Source of the DNA: Neodothiora populina
Taxonomy: Eukaryota
Assembly: GCF_041146345.1 (NCBI RefSeq)
Contig: NW_027191410.1
Location: 1 to 64,000, forward strand
Direction: 5' to 3'
DNA length: 64,000 nucleotides
Under the pieces are notes generated by a model. The model was not told the origin of the DNA. It searched no databases and saw only the letters and a list, made by a program, of their open reading frames with translations. Below, one piece after another: positions 1 to 11,948 of the stretch (positions are counted from its first letter, which is position 1; every line of letters starts with the position of its first letter). The position numbers and the translations under genes are program-made.

Positions 1-69
1 TATAGACTGTCATTTATGATATACATCTCCCCTACCGTGGATATTCTTTTGACCGAACATCCCTCGGAC

Positions 70-1227
70 CTAGTTTACAAGTAATATGACACTGCCGAGC
101 TGTCTGGCCAGGTCTTGCTTCTCCACATCGTGCGTGTCTTCGACCTCTCCCCACATGTTGGTCTGCCAAGTCACCTCAACAGTGCTGGCCTCGGCTGCCT
201 GGGCGATGCCGAATCTCTCTGCACCCTGCTGCGTGCTCTGGAGATGCTTGAATTCCTCACTCCACTCGACCAACAGGCGGATGGCGACCAGGAGACTCTT
301 GCTGGCCAGCACACCTCTCTCGAGCGCGGCTAGCTCAAAGGCGGGCAGTCCCGAGATCCACCCGCGGATGACATTCTGCGTCATCTGTGGCTGCGGTGTC
401 GGCAAAATACTGTCCTCGCCCAAGACCGGGTGGATCTCGCAGCCGGGAAAGATGTGTGTAGTGAGGTACGCGATAATCGGCTCTGCGACGTCCTTTTGTT
501 TCTGGCGCAGGCTTGGGGCGTCCTTGTCCTGCTTGGAGTCATGAATGCTGCTTTCCGGTGCCCAGCATAATAAAGTATCCGTCCTTAAGTAGCGCAAAAG
601 CATAGCAGACAGAGCATCTCTGATCCCAGTCTTGCCCTCGCCGTCCTCTACCGCGATATCGATGGCTCGTGATGTGAGCGAGGTCAGAGGAATATAGTGG
701 TTCTTCAGCGCCTGGTGTGCGCTGACTAGAAGGTCCCATTCCAGGGCGATTGCGGCTGCGAGTGCGCGCTTGCTCGGTGGTAGAGTCAGAACCTGCTTCG
801 ATGCTAGTCGGACGGGCCTACTATCAAGCATGACCCGGAGACCCTCTGCATAGTTCTTGATTAGCCCGCTAGTCTGTCAAGCAACAGAACAAAGGCTAAA
901 CCGACCTGGTGTTTCTTGCACATCAACCTGCTTCCAGAATCTCTTTCTTAAGGCCGAGGAGGGCTTCTTGGGATCAACTCGCAGCTCTTTTCCCTTCTGT
1001 AGCATTTCCATCTGCTTGCGCTTGCGCGCGAGCTTCTCCTCGGCAGAGTTCTTCGGCGGCTGCGGCGGTGGTCCAGGCACTGTCGGGTGAGGCACGGGAG
1101 TCGCTGTCCTCGAGGGGGAGTTGTGTAGCTGACGGTAGGCGCAGAGTGTGGACCTCGGGGGTTGTGCGCATATGCGGCGCGCACCCAATGAAGAGGCTGA
1201 CCATGTTGGACGCAGTATTCGCTCCAT
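70..1227 (-). CDS. ATP12: Mitochondrial F1-ATPase assembly chaperone Atp12 (2 exons, intron 846-905)
   Basis: Presequence-like N-terminus; LRKRFWKQVDV, LDSRPVR, IALEWD, PLTSL, LRYLRTDTL and Q..MWGEVEDTHDV motifs. A GT..CTAAT..CAG intron joins ORFs 877-1227 and 70-831 in frame. Confidence 0.95.
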
Positions 1228-2156
1228 TGTAGGTGCTCTATGGCTGCACGGGAGACAATCTTAGTGGTAGGAGGTTGATGTGATTGATGGAGGGGATTGG
1301 AGATACGATGGAATAAAATGATTCGAGCTCGCTGCACTTCCGCCTTGCCTTGCGTCTTCCGCCTCCACATAATCTGTCTTGGCAGGACTATCACATCGGG
1401 CAATCGTATGGCGACGACGCCGACGACGACGCCGACGACAACTTCATCTTGGTCTTGCTCGACCGGAATGTAACAGGCAACCATGGCAGCCACAGAGGCT
1501 CTACTGTAAAGGTTCAAGCGTGAGCTGATTCTCATGATACCGAACCCCAAGCCGCAGGCATGGCTACGTAGTGTGCGACTACTGACTGCACCCCCGTTGG
1601 GTCCAATATTTTGGTGTGCTATCATTATCGGAATGTTCATATCTGCAAAGCAGCGCATGCCGTCTTTGAGTATCTAGAGATTAGGAAAGCGTGGGCTGAA
1701 TACATCAACGTGGTACTAATCTCTATAAAACACAGCTTGATGAGCTTGCAATGTTGTAGAATGCCTTTCAACAGTAATGCCCATTACATTGGACGCTTGC
1801 TAGGTTGACTTGATATTGAACATAAGGTCATTCATGACAGGGCAGATCAACACCGCACTACACTCGTAGCTATTCGTCAGAGTTGGTCAAGCACTTGACT
1901 TTCGACCAACCCGGCAAGTGAACTAGTCTATGCGATTGACTTGTCGCAGCCGAGCAACAATAAAAGTCAAGTGACACCAACAGTGGGTGCGTATACTGCA
2001 CTTAGCTTTCTGCTGCTTTCTTCAGATAAGTATATAGAGAGCGCCATATCCCTTCCTTTATTCAACTACAAGACCCAGGAACTCAACATACAGCGACCAG
2101 ACAAACCCAGAAGAACCTCTACCACAGTAGAACTTCAATCAATCAATCAATCAATC

Positions 2157-2636
2157 ATGAAGTGCTTCACCACTCTCGCAGCACTCCTCGCGGCAGCCTG
2201 CACCTGCACCGCCATGCCTGCGAAGTCCTGGAACTGGACCACGGAAGGCAGAGGCCACCACGGTCCCAGCGTCTCCGCCCGCAGCACCGTCGGCCAAGGA
2301 AGCGCGACCAACCTCACGGCCAACATCCACGCCCGCAGCAGAGTCGACCAAGAGGACATGCTCAACATCGTGAACAACATTGGCAGCAGCAACACGAAAT
2401 TCTCGCACCTCGTCTTCTCACTGCTGAGCGGGTTCAACTCCACCTCCAATATATCCGTGTCCGACAATCTGACTTACGACGAGTCTCTGGCCGAGCTTCG
2501 CATCTTGGCCCAAGATCCCAAGGCCGATTTCGATGCCGCGATCGAAGCCGCCTCGGGCATCGTCGAGCACTCTAAAGTCGCTCCTGCTCTTCCTCTTGTC
2601 GTTCCCGCTGCCGAAAACACTACTGCCACTAACGCG

Positions 2637-2685
<49 letters not shown>

Positions 2686-2870
2686 ATACTACTTCCGTGT
2701 TAGAAGCTCGCTCCAGAAACTTCGGCCCAGACCCCCGCTGCGGCATGCAGTTGGAGATCACGTCCACGTGCAAGCAGTACTATCTCTGCGTCATGGTGTG
2801 TGCCGAGAAGCCTCGGATGTTCCCTCACACCACTTGTGACAAGTTCATCTTTAATGGCAGGTGTCCTTGA
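2157..2870 (+). CDS. Secreted pre-pro-protein with poly-Thr linker and C-terminal 6-Cys domain (effector/peptide-precursor-like)
   Basis: ATG at 2157 preceded by TATATA (~2031) and (TCAA)n; signal-peptide-like MKCFTTLAALLAAACTCTA; many N-x-S/T sequons; VSAR/IHAR/LEAR motifs; Cys-rich end. Confidence 0.8.
2637..2684 (+). repeat. (ACT)16 coding microsatellite (poly-Thr)
   Basis: 16 perfect ACT units read directly. Confidence 0.97.
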
Positions 2871-3333
2871 TGAGGGGCTTGTTCTCTTTTGTTACGGGAC
2901 TATGGCGGATGTTTGGTCGTGCTGATTTGAAACGTTGCTGGGCTGTGTGAGAAGTGTCGTTCGTTATTGCCCAAGGGGACCAAATTGGAATGATGTTCCC
3001 TCTTTGGACGAGGTTTTTTTGGTGTTGACGGATGCCAGGGATGACGGCGGCTTGATGGGTTGTCAGATGAAGTTTGGAGGATGCAGGACTTTGATAGCTG
3101 CGTCTTCATGGATTGTATGTGAAGGCCAAGTAGTCTGCTAGAACTTCCGCGGTTGTAGCTAGTATGACCCGGCTTACGCGGACTGAGTCGTGCACTTCGC
3201 GTCGCTCAGCGGTCATATAAGCCGTAGGCATCGCATAGGAGTAATCGTTGTCCGGGAATAAAACCATATGCTGTTTGCACATGATGATGACTTCGTAGCG
3301 TCCTGTGTTCGAGATAGACATATGGCCATGGCC

Positions 3334-4066
3334 TCAATCCAAGAATCCCATCTCTTCGTCCAAGACGCCCGCAAGGCCTCGGGAGTTCCTGTGCACGCCG
3401 CTATTGACAGGAGGCCACTGTTCATTTCTCGTCCGTAGGGCTTCTGCATCAAACAATGCTTGATGGAGATTACTGTACAGAAAACGTCAGCGCATGAACG
3501 ACAAGTCCTACCTCCAGTTCCAAACATACTCTATCCTGCCATGCACGACGTATTCCTGTTCCGCCAAAGCCTCGGCAAGCTCGACCTGATGGTTGTCCAA
3601 AAGTTCCTGGTTCGGGACAACAACGATAAGGACGGCACGTCGAAGCGCATCGAGAATGGTTCCAGAGCCTGTGTATCTACTCTCAGCCTCACGCTGTACA
3701 TGGGAAGCGAATACTCGGCGTCACATCCTTACCAGCATGACTGACAACAACGCCCTCAGCACCGCCCTCCCCACCCGTCTTCGCAAGACCCATGTACTCA
3801 CCCAACCCCCTCTTGTCAAGCGCGATCCCGGAAACTTGAAGCGCAGCCGAATCCCCAGATGCGCGCGCGGCTTTCAGACAGTCCTGGAACATGGCCTCTC
3901 CATCAGCGCCATATTGTACGATGAGATGGGTGTAGTGGAGCTTGATGAGCGCTGCGAAGAAGCTGCATGACACGACGGCGCGGATGAGAGGCGCGAAGGA
4001 TGCTGTCGCGCCGACTGTCACGAAGCAGACTTTGCGTGATGTTTGTGAAGCATGTGTCGTACTCAT
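3334..4066 (-). CDS. ALG13: UDP-GlcNAc transferase catalytic subunit Alg13 (3 exons)
   Basis: CFVTVGATASF, LIVQYG, VVSHAG|SGTILDALR and VVPNQELLDNHQVELA motifs of the glycosyltransferase-28 C-terminal family; introns 3669-3732 and ~3473-3529. Confidence 0.93.
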
Positions 4067-4150
4067 TTTGTTGTGGGCTTGGGAAGCACTGGTACTGAGG
4101 GGCTCTTAAAGGGGCGCTTTGGGGGACTTGGTTGGACCTTTGACTTTATA

Positions 4151-6005
4151 AGCTTGGCAACCTGAGGTTGACGCAACCTACCTTTGACGCGCGTTATACC
4201 ATACTGCAACCTTCTACAGCAATCAACCATTCTACGTCGCGCTTCTTATTGTATGCAATTGAATTGACCTTATATCATTGATACTGTGGATCAACGCGAA
4301 GTCATGTTACAAGGAGCCCTTCAAGAGCTTCGAATTCACCCTGAAAAATCAATCAGAGGCATTGCACGAGAATATGGCATATCCGAAGCAACCCTTCGTC
4401 GTCGTCGCGACGGAGGCATTAATCAACGTGCTGCTCAAGAGCCTACACAAAGGCTTGTTCCTATTCAAGAACAATCCCTCGTTAATTGGATATTACAGCA
4501 AGATTTGCAAGGTTGTGCCCCCTCTCCGAAGCGCGTTCGCGAAATGGCTACACATATCCTTCGTCTACATAACGACAACAAACCTTTGGGGGCTGATTGG
4601 CTCCCTAAGTTCGTAAAGCGTAATCCAAGGATTGCCTCTGTAATTGGGCGTAAAATCGAGGCCGCGCGAATTCATGGAACCTCGTAAGAAGCTATACAGC
4701 AATTTTTCGACGTATTCAAGCGAGTCGAGCAAGAATTCAACGTTCGACGTGAAGATATCTGGAATATGGACGAACACGGCATCGCATTAGGCGTGTGTAC
4801 GAATACGCGTGTTCCTGCTTCTTCTCCGAGAAAAAGGACTTACGCAAAGAGCCCTTAGCCTCGAGAATGGGTGTCGATTCTCGAGGCAATTAATACTACT
4901 GGACGAACGATCAAGCCCTTGATTATATTCAAAGACGCCGCGCCTCAACCCTCATAGTTTGACGTAGATGCCCCCGATTGGACGTATACAACCTCGGAAA
5001 ATGGCTGGACGTCGAATCATATTGCAATCAACTGGTTGGATTCGATATTTATACCTCAAACGACCCCAGTTTCAACTTCAACCTCAACCTCAGCCTCGCA
5101 ACCTTCAAAATCAAGGATCTTACTCATGGACGGTCATGCGAGCCATCTCAGCGTCGATTTCTCATGGACATGTCGAGAACATAGGATTCATTGCGTATTT
5201 TCACCCCCTCACGCTTCTCATATCCTTCAACCTTTAGACCTCGGAGTATTCTCACCCTTGGAAAATCACTACCGAGTTGAGGTATCGTCGCTTTCGCAAC
5301 TTGACGATTCAGCGCCATTCAAAAAGCGACGCTTTATCCAATGTTATAACCTTGCTCGACAACAAATCTGTACGGATCGCGTAATTCGCAGCGGTTGGAA
5401 AGCTGCTGGTTTGTTCCCTAGGAATCTAACAAAGGTATTGACCTCGTCGCAAGTCAAGCAACCGCCTCGTCCAATTACGCCTCCAGAAAGAGCTATTTCA
5501 ATTGAATGGCATCATAACCCCAAAAAAAACTCGCAACAGCTACACCGTAACGTTCAGTTACTTAAAAAGAGTCATGAAATTGACAAGGATATTATGTATA
5601 TGTTCGAAAAAGCAGGTAAAGCGCTCGGTCAATTTGTGCGTCACAAGCAATTCTTCAATATGAATTAGAAAAAAGGCATTTCAAGAGCAAGAAGCAGCTG
5701 CTTCGTCGAACAAGGAAACGAGTAGTTGTTGATCCGAATACTCGATTTGCGAATATAGAACAAATCAAGAAGGCACAAATTAGATATGAGGCCTCTGAGG
5801 CCTTGAAGGTAGCGAAGCAACCTAATCTAGATGCTCAAAAAGCTGCAGAAGCCCTTACAAATATATATATTCATAGAGGCATGCCTCCATGAATGGCAAT
5901 TAGATTAAATTCTATCCATTGAATATTCCAATATTTCATCCAAAGGTTGCAGTATGGTATAACGCGCGTCAAAGGTAGGTTGCGTCAACCTCAGGTTGCC
6001 AAGCT
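4151..6005 (+). mobile_element. Fot1/Pot-type (pogo-related DDD) DNA transposon, full length (~1.86 kb), inactivated
   Basis: Perfect inverted repeat 4150-4213 / 5943-6006 (64 bp; 63 bp if the left TA is the target site); TA on the left, TT on the right; transposase remnants between the repeats. Confidence 0.95.
4286..5877 (+). pseudogene. Fot1-family transposase pseudogene
   Basis: One frame from 4286 to 5668 carries an HTH (SIRGIAREYGISEATLRRR), a CENP-B-like HTH, and WNMDEHG / LLMDGHASH / HILQPLDLGVF. In-frame stops at 4685, 4856 and 4955; frameshift near 5635 before RKRVVVDPNTRFANIEQI; no intact start codon. Confidence 0.92.
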
Positions 6006-6589
6006 TTCCGTTTGTGGAGACTAGCGCATACCTACAGTACCTTAAGCATCAATGATCAGGAGCATACCACCCAAATATTATTGCCATATCTCCTAAGCCT
6101 ATCAAGGTACCTTAGGGTTGCCGCAACCACGGACCACATCGCACGGCCGAATACTGGGGCCGTATACTCAGAATTGCCCCCCCCAACTCCCCAAGGGAGG
6201 CATTGAAAATGTCTTTGCTATGGTCGGGGTGACAGGTCGAAGAGAATGGTATAAGTTTCATGACATGAAATTGAGGTTGAGTTGTGGTGATATGGTGAAA
6301 ATATTTTGGTGTGATGCTCCTCCTGATCATTGATGTACCTCAAGGACGGTAGGGCAGACCCAGCTTCTCCATCCGGGGCCCGGGATTCGGGAGTCGGGCA
6401 CTCGGCAGGCTTTGTTCTAATCTGGCCCAAACTCGAGATATACCGGCCCGATCAACGATGGAATGGGGTGATCGTCACTCTTACAAGTCCATCTGCTGTA
6501 AGTGATTTCTTTATCATCCTTCACATATCCTCCACTAGTACATTGATGCTACTGTGATATGCACAGTCGCACCACGTGTACTTCGAGAC

Positions 6590-7410
6590 ATGCCCGTCGC
6601 TCCAGGTCCGAGTAGGAGATTCGTCCTCCTCTTGATCGGCGTCTCTGCCTTCCTCTGTTTCTTCTTCGTCGCCTCCTTTCGCAACCAGGCTCAGGGTGTG
6701 AGGCACCCCCTTGCAAATGGCTCAGGTAGCTCTGGAAGAGTGTTCCCCGACACCGCCCAGGCCGTGAACGGTGAGGTCGGCGAGATCTCCCAAGCAACGC
6801 TGGATGGCCACGTGATTGCCCCGAAGTTGGGCAACGCGACTATCAAGTAAGTGACGAGTAATGTGAGCGAAACGGCTTGTTCACTGACTCTTCTCACGCA
6901 GAGCTGAGCTTGGCCGCGCCGCTTGGAAAGTCCTTCACACGACCTTCGCTCGATTCCCAGACAAACCCACCAAGGACGAAAGCGCAGCGCTAAAGTCTTA
7001 CATTCATCTGTTCCAGCGCTTGTATCCATGGTCGGTGGCTATCTCATTCTCCCGCCTTCTTAGGTGTTAGGCGACTGACGGCGTGCCTTAGTGGTGAATG
7101 TGCCGCACATTTCCGACACTTTCTCGACAAGTTCCCTCCTCAGGTGTCGTCGCGATCGGCGGCTGCGGCATGGGGCTGCCACATACACAATGAAGTCAAC
7201 AAGTCGCTGAAGAAGGATCTGTTCGACTGCTCACAAATCGGAGACTTTTACGACTGCGGATGCGCCGAGGACGAGACTACGGAGGGAGCAAAATTAAAGA
7301 GCGACGCTGGTGCAGCATCGAAAGAGCAAGGCAGTAGCGAAAAGGGGCAGCAGTTTGGCGAAGAGATGCTGACGGGGGACACCCCTCTCAAGTTGGAGCA
7401 AGAAGGGTAA
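6590..7410 (+). CDS. ERV2: FAD-linked sulfhydryl oxidase Erv2 (3 exons)
   Basis: N-terminal TM anchor; KLGNATIK|AELGRAAWKVLHT, LYP(C)|GECA CxxC, CHIHNEVN and FDCSQIGDFYDCGC motifs. Confidence 0.93.
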
Positions 7411-7903
7411 GCAAGTCCAAGACGCGCGAGGCATGTGCAAGAGTAGACGCTGATGTGATGTCTTTCAAGATATGGACGAGGGGGATGATGATGATGATGA
7501 TCCATACCGCCCTTTGCTAAGCCCACAACATGCTGTGTCTGGCTATTTCGTGCACCTTCTGAAACGCCAGATCATTAGTGCAGTTTATAAAGTACGTGAT
7601 GATCAAGCTCGCCATGCGAAATCTGTCTTGCTTATATTGGCTACATGGCACTAGACTACAACAGATGGCACAACAGAATGGCATGCCAGACGTATGCTAT
7701 TGATACAAGAACAAGAACAATAACAAGAACATGTGACAAAGCCCCGCATGGCGCTAGAAACAAAAAGGGAGTGTTATCTTATCTTCTCATCACAGATCTA
7801 ATCTAAGCTTCGCAAACCCAGCAAGGCGATGGGGAAGATACTGGTAGCTGTCTCTGTAAACACCCGACCTGTCCGCAATAGCACTATACGGGTGGTCCTC
7901 TGC

Positions 7904-7923
7904 GTGTGTGTGTGTGTGTGTGT
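7904..7923. repeat. (GT)10 microsatellite
   Basis: Read directly. Confidence 0.95.
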
Positions 7924-8155
7924 ACATAAGACGCCTGCTGTCACAGCTGGCGCTTTGCATATGAAGACTGGAAAATACTAGGTCACTCGGAACATGTTGT
8001 TGTGACAGGACACTATCCTTGGCTTGTTCCAGTTCTTGTCACAGTTCTCCGAATTCACTGCCCTGATAGCATAGACGTCGAGTGTCCACAGCGTGCTGGT
8101 CGTCCATACTAGACCTCGAAGCAGAAAGTGAAGCGTGGAAGTCGCTCGATGCATC

Positions 8156-8923
8156 ATGGACAATCCCGCTTTCCATGCACTGCTTCTGTTGTCCGACTCG
8201 GCGCTTCCTTTGGGATCTTTCGCATTCAGTAGTGGGCTAGAGTCATATCTCGCTCATCACGGTCTCAATCAGACTGCCACTCGGGCGGCCTCGGCGCTCA
8301 CTGCTCCACCCGCACAGTCCTTGGATACTTTCATAGATCTCTCACTACGGAATCTGGCTTCTACTTCCCTACCCTATGTGTTGGACGCTTTTCATCACCC
8401 GGACCACTTGCCACACTTAGACAATGACATGGACGCGAGTACGCCATGCACCGTCGCTCGCAGGGCCAGTATTGCTCAGGGCAAAGCGCTTGTGCAGCTG
8501 TGGGAGCGCGCACTCGCGCAGTCTGCCATGACTTCCTCCCCTGGCTTGCCGGCGTTGAGCACCTTCATCACAGGCTTGAAATATGGACGCAGGGATGCCG
8601 ATGGCTTATTTGCGCAGAATGCACATTTCGCGCCCTTGTTCGGTGTCGTCTGCGCTGCACTTGCACTGTCGGCCCAGGAAACCTCTTACCTCTTTTTACT
8701 CAATCACGCAAAGGCTATCCTCTCCGCGGCGGTCAGGGCGAGCGTGATGGGTCCTTACCAATCACATGCCATGCTTGCAAGCGAGTCCCTGCAAGCAAAG
8801 ATCAAGACCTGCATGCGGAGAGAAGACGGCAAGTCAGTAGACTATGCTGGATTGACCGTCCCACCCATGGATCTCTGGATCGGAAGGCATGAACTCCTCT
8901 ACTCGCGAATTTTCAACTCGTGA
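8156..8923 (+). CDS. ureF: Urease accessory protein UreF
   Basis: LLLLSDSALPLGSFAFSSGLESY, ARRASIAQG, HFAPLFG and C-terminal HELLYSRIFNS motifs. Start codon uncertain. Confidence 0.92.
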   Translation: MDNPAFHALLLLSDSALPLGSFAFSSGLESYLAHHGLNQTATRAASALTAPPAQSLDTFIDLSLRNLASTSLPYVLDAFHHPDHLPHLDNDMDASTPCTVARRASIAQGKALVQLWERALAQSAMTSSPGLPALSTFITGLKYGRRDADGLFAQNAHFAPLFGVVCAALALSAQETSYLFLLNHAKAILSAAVRASVMGPYQSHAMLASESLQAKIKTCMRREDGKSVDYAGLTVPPMDLWIGRHELLYSRIFNS

Positions 8924-9550
8924 GGTTTGTTCTGGGCCTCAGATGAGACCGAGTCAGCCTTGTCTCGAAATTCACTCCTAGAGAGTGTTGAGAAGGCTGC
9001 ATGGACTCGAAGCCTTGTGACAGACCTTCAAGGGGGCTGGTAGTCAAGACGCTCAACGTACATATAGCCAAGGTCATCCACCCTCCCTTAAGGAGAGTAA
9101 CTCAATCAATCTACCACCGAACCATCCCTATGTATCTATATATTTCCAAGAGAAAGAGCAGAGAAGGAAGACGGCAAGAGGCGTTCCATATCTCGATCCT
9201 TCCCGGCGTCTCTACTTTCTTACGCGTGTAGTGATGATTTCGTTTGAAACCACCACGAATGGAAATCAGTTCGAAACCAGTGTGATAGTAGGTACTGAAC
9301 AACGTATGAATCGCTCGCGAGCAATAGGTCTGCTCGTAGCCAAAGCTATTATTCGTTGTCCTATTGCTATGTTACTGGCGACTCAGGGTCCAGGTTGGGT
9401 AGCTGCAGTGACGATCACGTGGTTGGCAAGATCCACCAGCTAAAGTGACAACAACTCTGGTTGCTACGCTTCGAGGCCATCCATTCTGTCACTCAGTCAA
9501 GCAAAAGTACCGGTAGTGCACAAGCTGCCGCATTTGTTTGGGTTCAAGAG

Positions 9551-11779
9551 ATGGGTAAGTTGACCGAGGCTTTCTGTCCTGATTGTTGTCCCTTGTGCAT
9601 ACTCAGCTCCAAGTGCTCTTCATGGTAGTTGATGGCAGGCGAGGAGGAACAATGAGGTCTTCACGACTGAGCAAGAAAAAAGATGGTCGAAGGAAACGGG
9701 AGGCTGACATGAGCTCTCACGCCAGGCAAGGCCTATTCGGAAGAGTCGCGCAACCAGGTCAAGCAACTCCTGCAGCAAGATGTGGGCGAAGACGAAATCG
9801 AGAAGCAGACGGGAGTGTCTGACCGCACCATCAGGCGGTGGAAGGTGCGCTGCATTCGTCCGACCCACATAGGCATACTGTACCGTCAGCCGGACGGGGA
9901 ACAACGATAAGCTCACGACTTTTTTCTTTTCTGTACAGCTCGAACTGGAACGCTATGGCCGCATCGGAAAACCACCGGAGAGCCGCACGGGTAGGCACAG
10001 AGTGATGAACAAGGAGGTCGAGCAGGCCCTGTTCGACCATGTCGCCCAGAAACCCGATCTATCCGTCGATGACATGCTGTGGTGGCTTTACGACAACTAC
10101 AAACTTGTCGTCGGCACGAGAACCATCAGGCGCGCATTCGAGCGTCGCAACACATCGCACAAGAAGTTCCGCAGCCAAGCTCATGCGCAGGGACACGCCA
10201 GCGTCAGCCGCGACGACAGCGGCAGGCAGGAGGAGGGTGGATACGGCCACGATGACATCTGCAGAGCAGAGAGCGGCGACGGCAACGGTGGGAGGGACGG
10301 CCCTCATGGTGGCAATGATGACGACGATGCAAATCACGATGATCATGCGAACATGGACATGGACTTAGACATGGGCATCGGAATCGACATGGACAACAGA
10401 CACTCGAGACCAGACAGAGACTCGGGCTCCCTTGCCCTTGCTCTGGCTCTGGCCCCAGACTCTGAATCTGTTGCGATTGCAGATGCGGCGCAACACCACA
10501 GAGACGCACCCATGTCTGCACCGCCCATGGCTGCGCCCGAGCGGCACGGCATGGTTCAGTCGAATGGTCCAGTCGTGTCTGCGGCTCAGTCACACGCTCA
10601 CTCGATGCCCCGGGAGCTGGGGCAAGAGACGCAGACGAATCCGAATGCTACAGCTACTTACCAGAGCCCGTATGCGCCCATGGTCCCCACGATGAGCAAC
10701 AATATCAACAACAATTCCAGCCACGCCATGGTCGCGAACTCGTCCGACATAAGCCCCGAGTTGGCTCGCGCACTTGGACGTCTCGCCCACTCGTCCAACG
10801 CGGCTGCCAGCTCCAGTCCCAACGCCAACATCCATCCGGACCTGATGGCAGCTGAGGAGATGGATCTCTCGGAAGACGAAGAGACGCTCCAACTCCAGCT
10901 GCAGCAGATAGCGCTGCAAAAGCGTGAGCTGGAGCTCAAGCTGAAGATGAGAAGGCTGCAACGCGCGCGTCGCTCTCCGTACACCCCGAATGCGTCCATG
11001 GCGCCAGCAGATCACTCCTTCATCTCTGACATGGCCGTGACCCCAAGCGCGCCCGGCTTGCATCAATCAGTCATCGATCCGCAGCCCGCCAATAATTCCA
11101 ACCCAACCACGCCAAACGATGCCCTCGGCTCGGCCGTCAAGCACAGGGACTCGCGAAGCAAGAGCAAGGTCGAAGAAGCAAAAAGGAGGACAGAGGAAAG
11201 ACAAGAGCGCATGCTAAAGGATCTCGAGAGAAGGAGCCGGCGTCGCGAGCACCTCACCGCTGAGTGGGTCCAGAGCAGAGACGTCTGGGCTAAAGGCCCT
11301 GAAAAGCTCCTCGTCGAGCTGATGCACCACCACTCGACCTACGCATACAACCAGAACTCTCTCGATACCTTTGAGGCCATCTTCCAGGCTCTCTATCAGC
11401 TCGTCGATCCGAATGATTGGTACCCGCCCGTTCATGATGACCTGTTGCGCGAACGCACCCGTCGCAAGATGAGCCAATTGCGCAGCAAGATGGTCAAGAG
11501 CGGAGAGATTGCCAGTCGCGGCGAAGGCTACGGAGGCTGGACGAGAGCCGATCCTTTTGCTGCTGCTCACGATGGTTCGTCGAGCCAACAACACCAACAC
11601 CAACACCAACCCCAAGACGAAGTTCAGTCCATGCCTGGCATGCCCATCGACATGTCTGCGTTAGACGAACACACTGAAGACGACGCTGGTGGAGGTGGTG
11701 GTGATGGCTCAGACGACGCCGTGCTCGCCAGAGATGCCATGATGCAGACGTCGCATTCGCAACAGCAACAGCAACAGCA

Positions 11780-11812
<33 letters not shown>

Positions 11813-11948
11813 TCACGATCATCATCAAGATATGCTTTCGTCTCATACTCAGCATCAACATCAACAGCAGATGCAGCAGCAGCAGCAGCATCAGCACCAT
11901 GATCCTCAGCTGTACAGCCAGGCCATGCATGACCCAGGGTTTGATTAA
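9551..11948 (+). CDS. Putative DNA-binding protein with N-terminal IS630/Tc1-transposase-derived double HTH, coiled coils and Gln/His-rich tail; join(9551-9554,9726-9844,9939-11948), ~710 aa
   Basis: ATGG|GTAAGT..GCTGAC..CAG and AAG|GTGCGC..GCTCAC..CAG introns give the in-frame N-terminus MGKAYSEESRNQVKQLLQQDVGEDEIEKQTGVSDRTIRRWKLELERYGRIGKPPESRTGRHRVMNKEVEQALFDHVAQKPDLSVDDMLWWLYDNYKLVVGTRTIRRAFERRNTSHKK; long stop-free exon 3. Confidence 0.8.
11760..11810 (+). repeat. CAG/CAA poly-Gln tract
   Basis: Run of CAA/CAG codons inside the 9551-11948 gene. Confidence 0.9.

Noticed and set aside
948..1658. 236-aa minus-strand ORF overlapping ATP12 exon 1, and the many other antisense/alternate-frame ORFs in the track
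   Set aside because: Shadow ORFs of GC-rich coding sequence with no domain motifs; each overlaps a well-supported gene.
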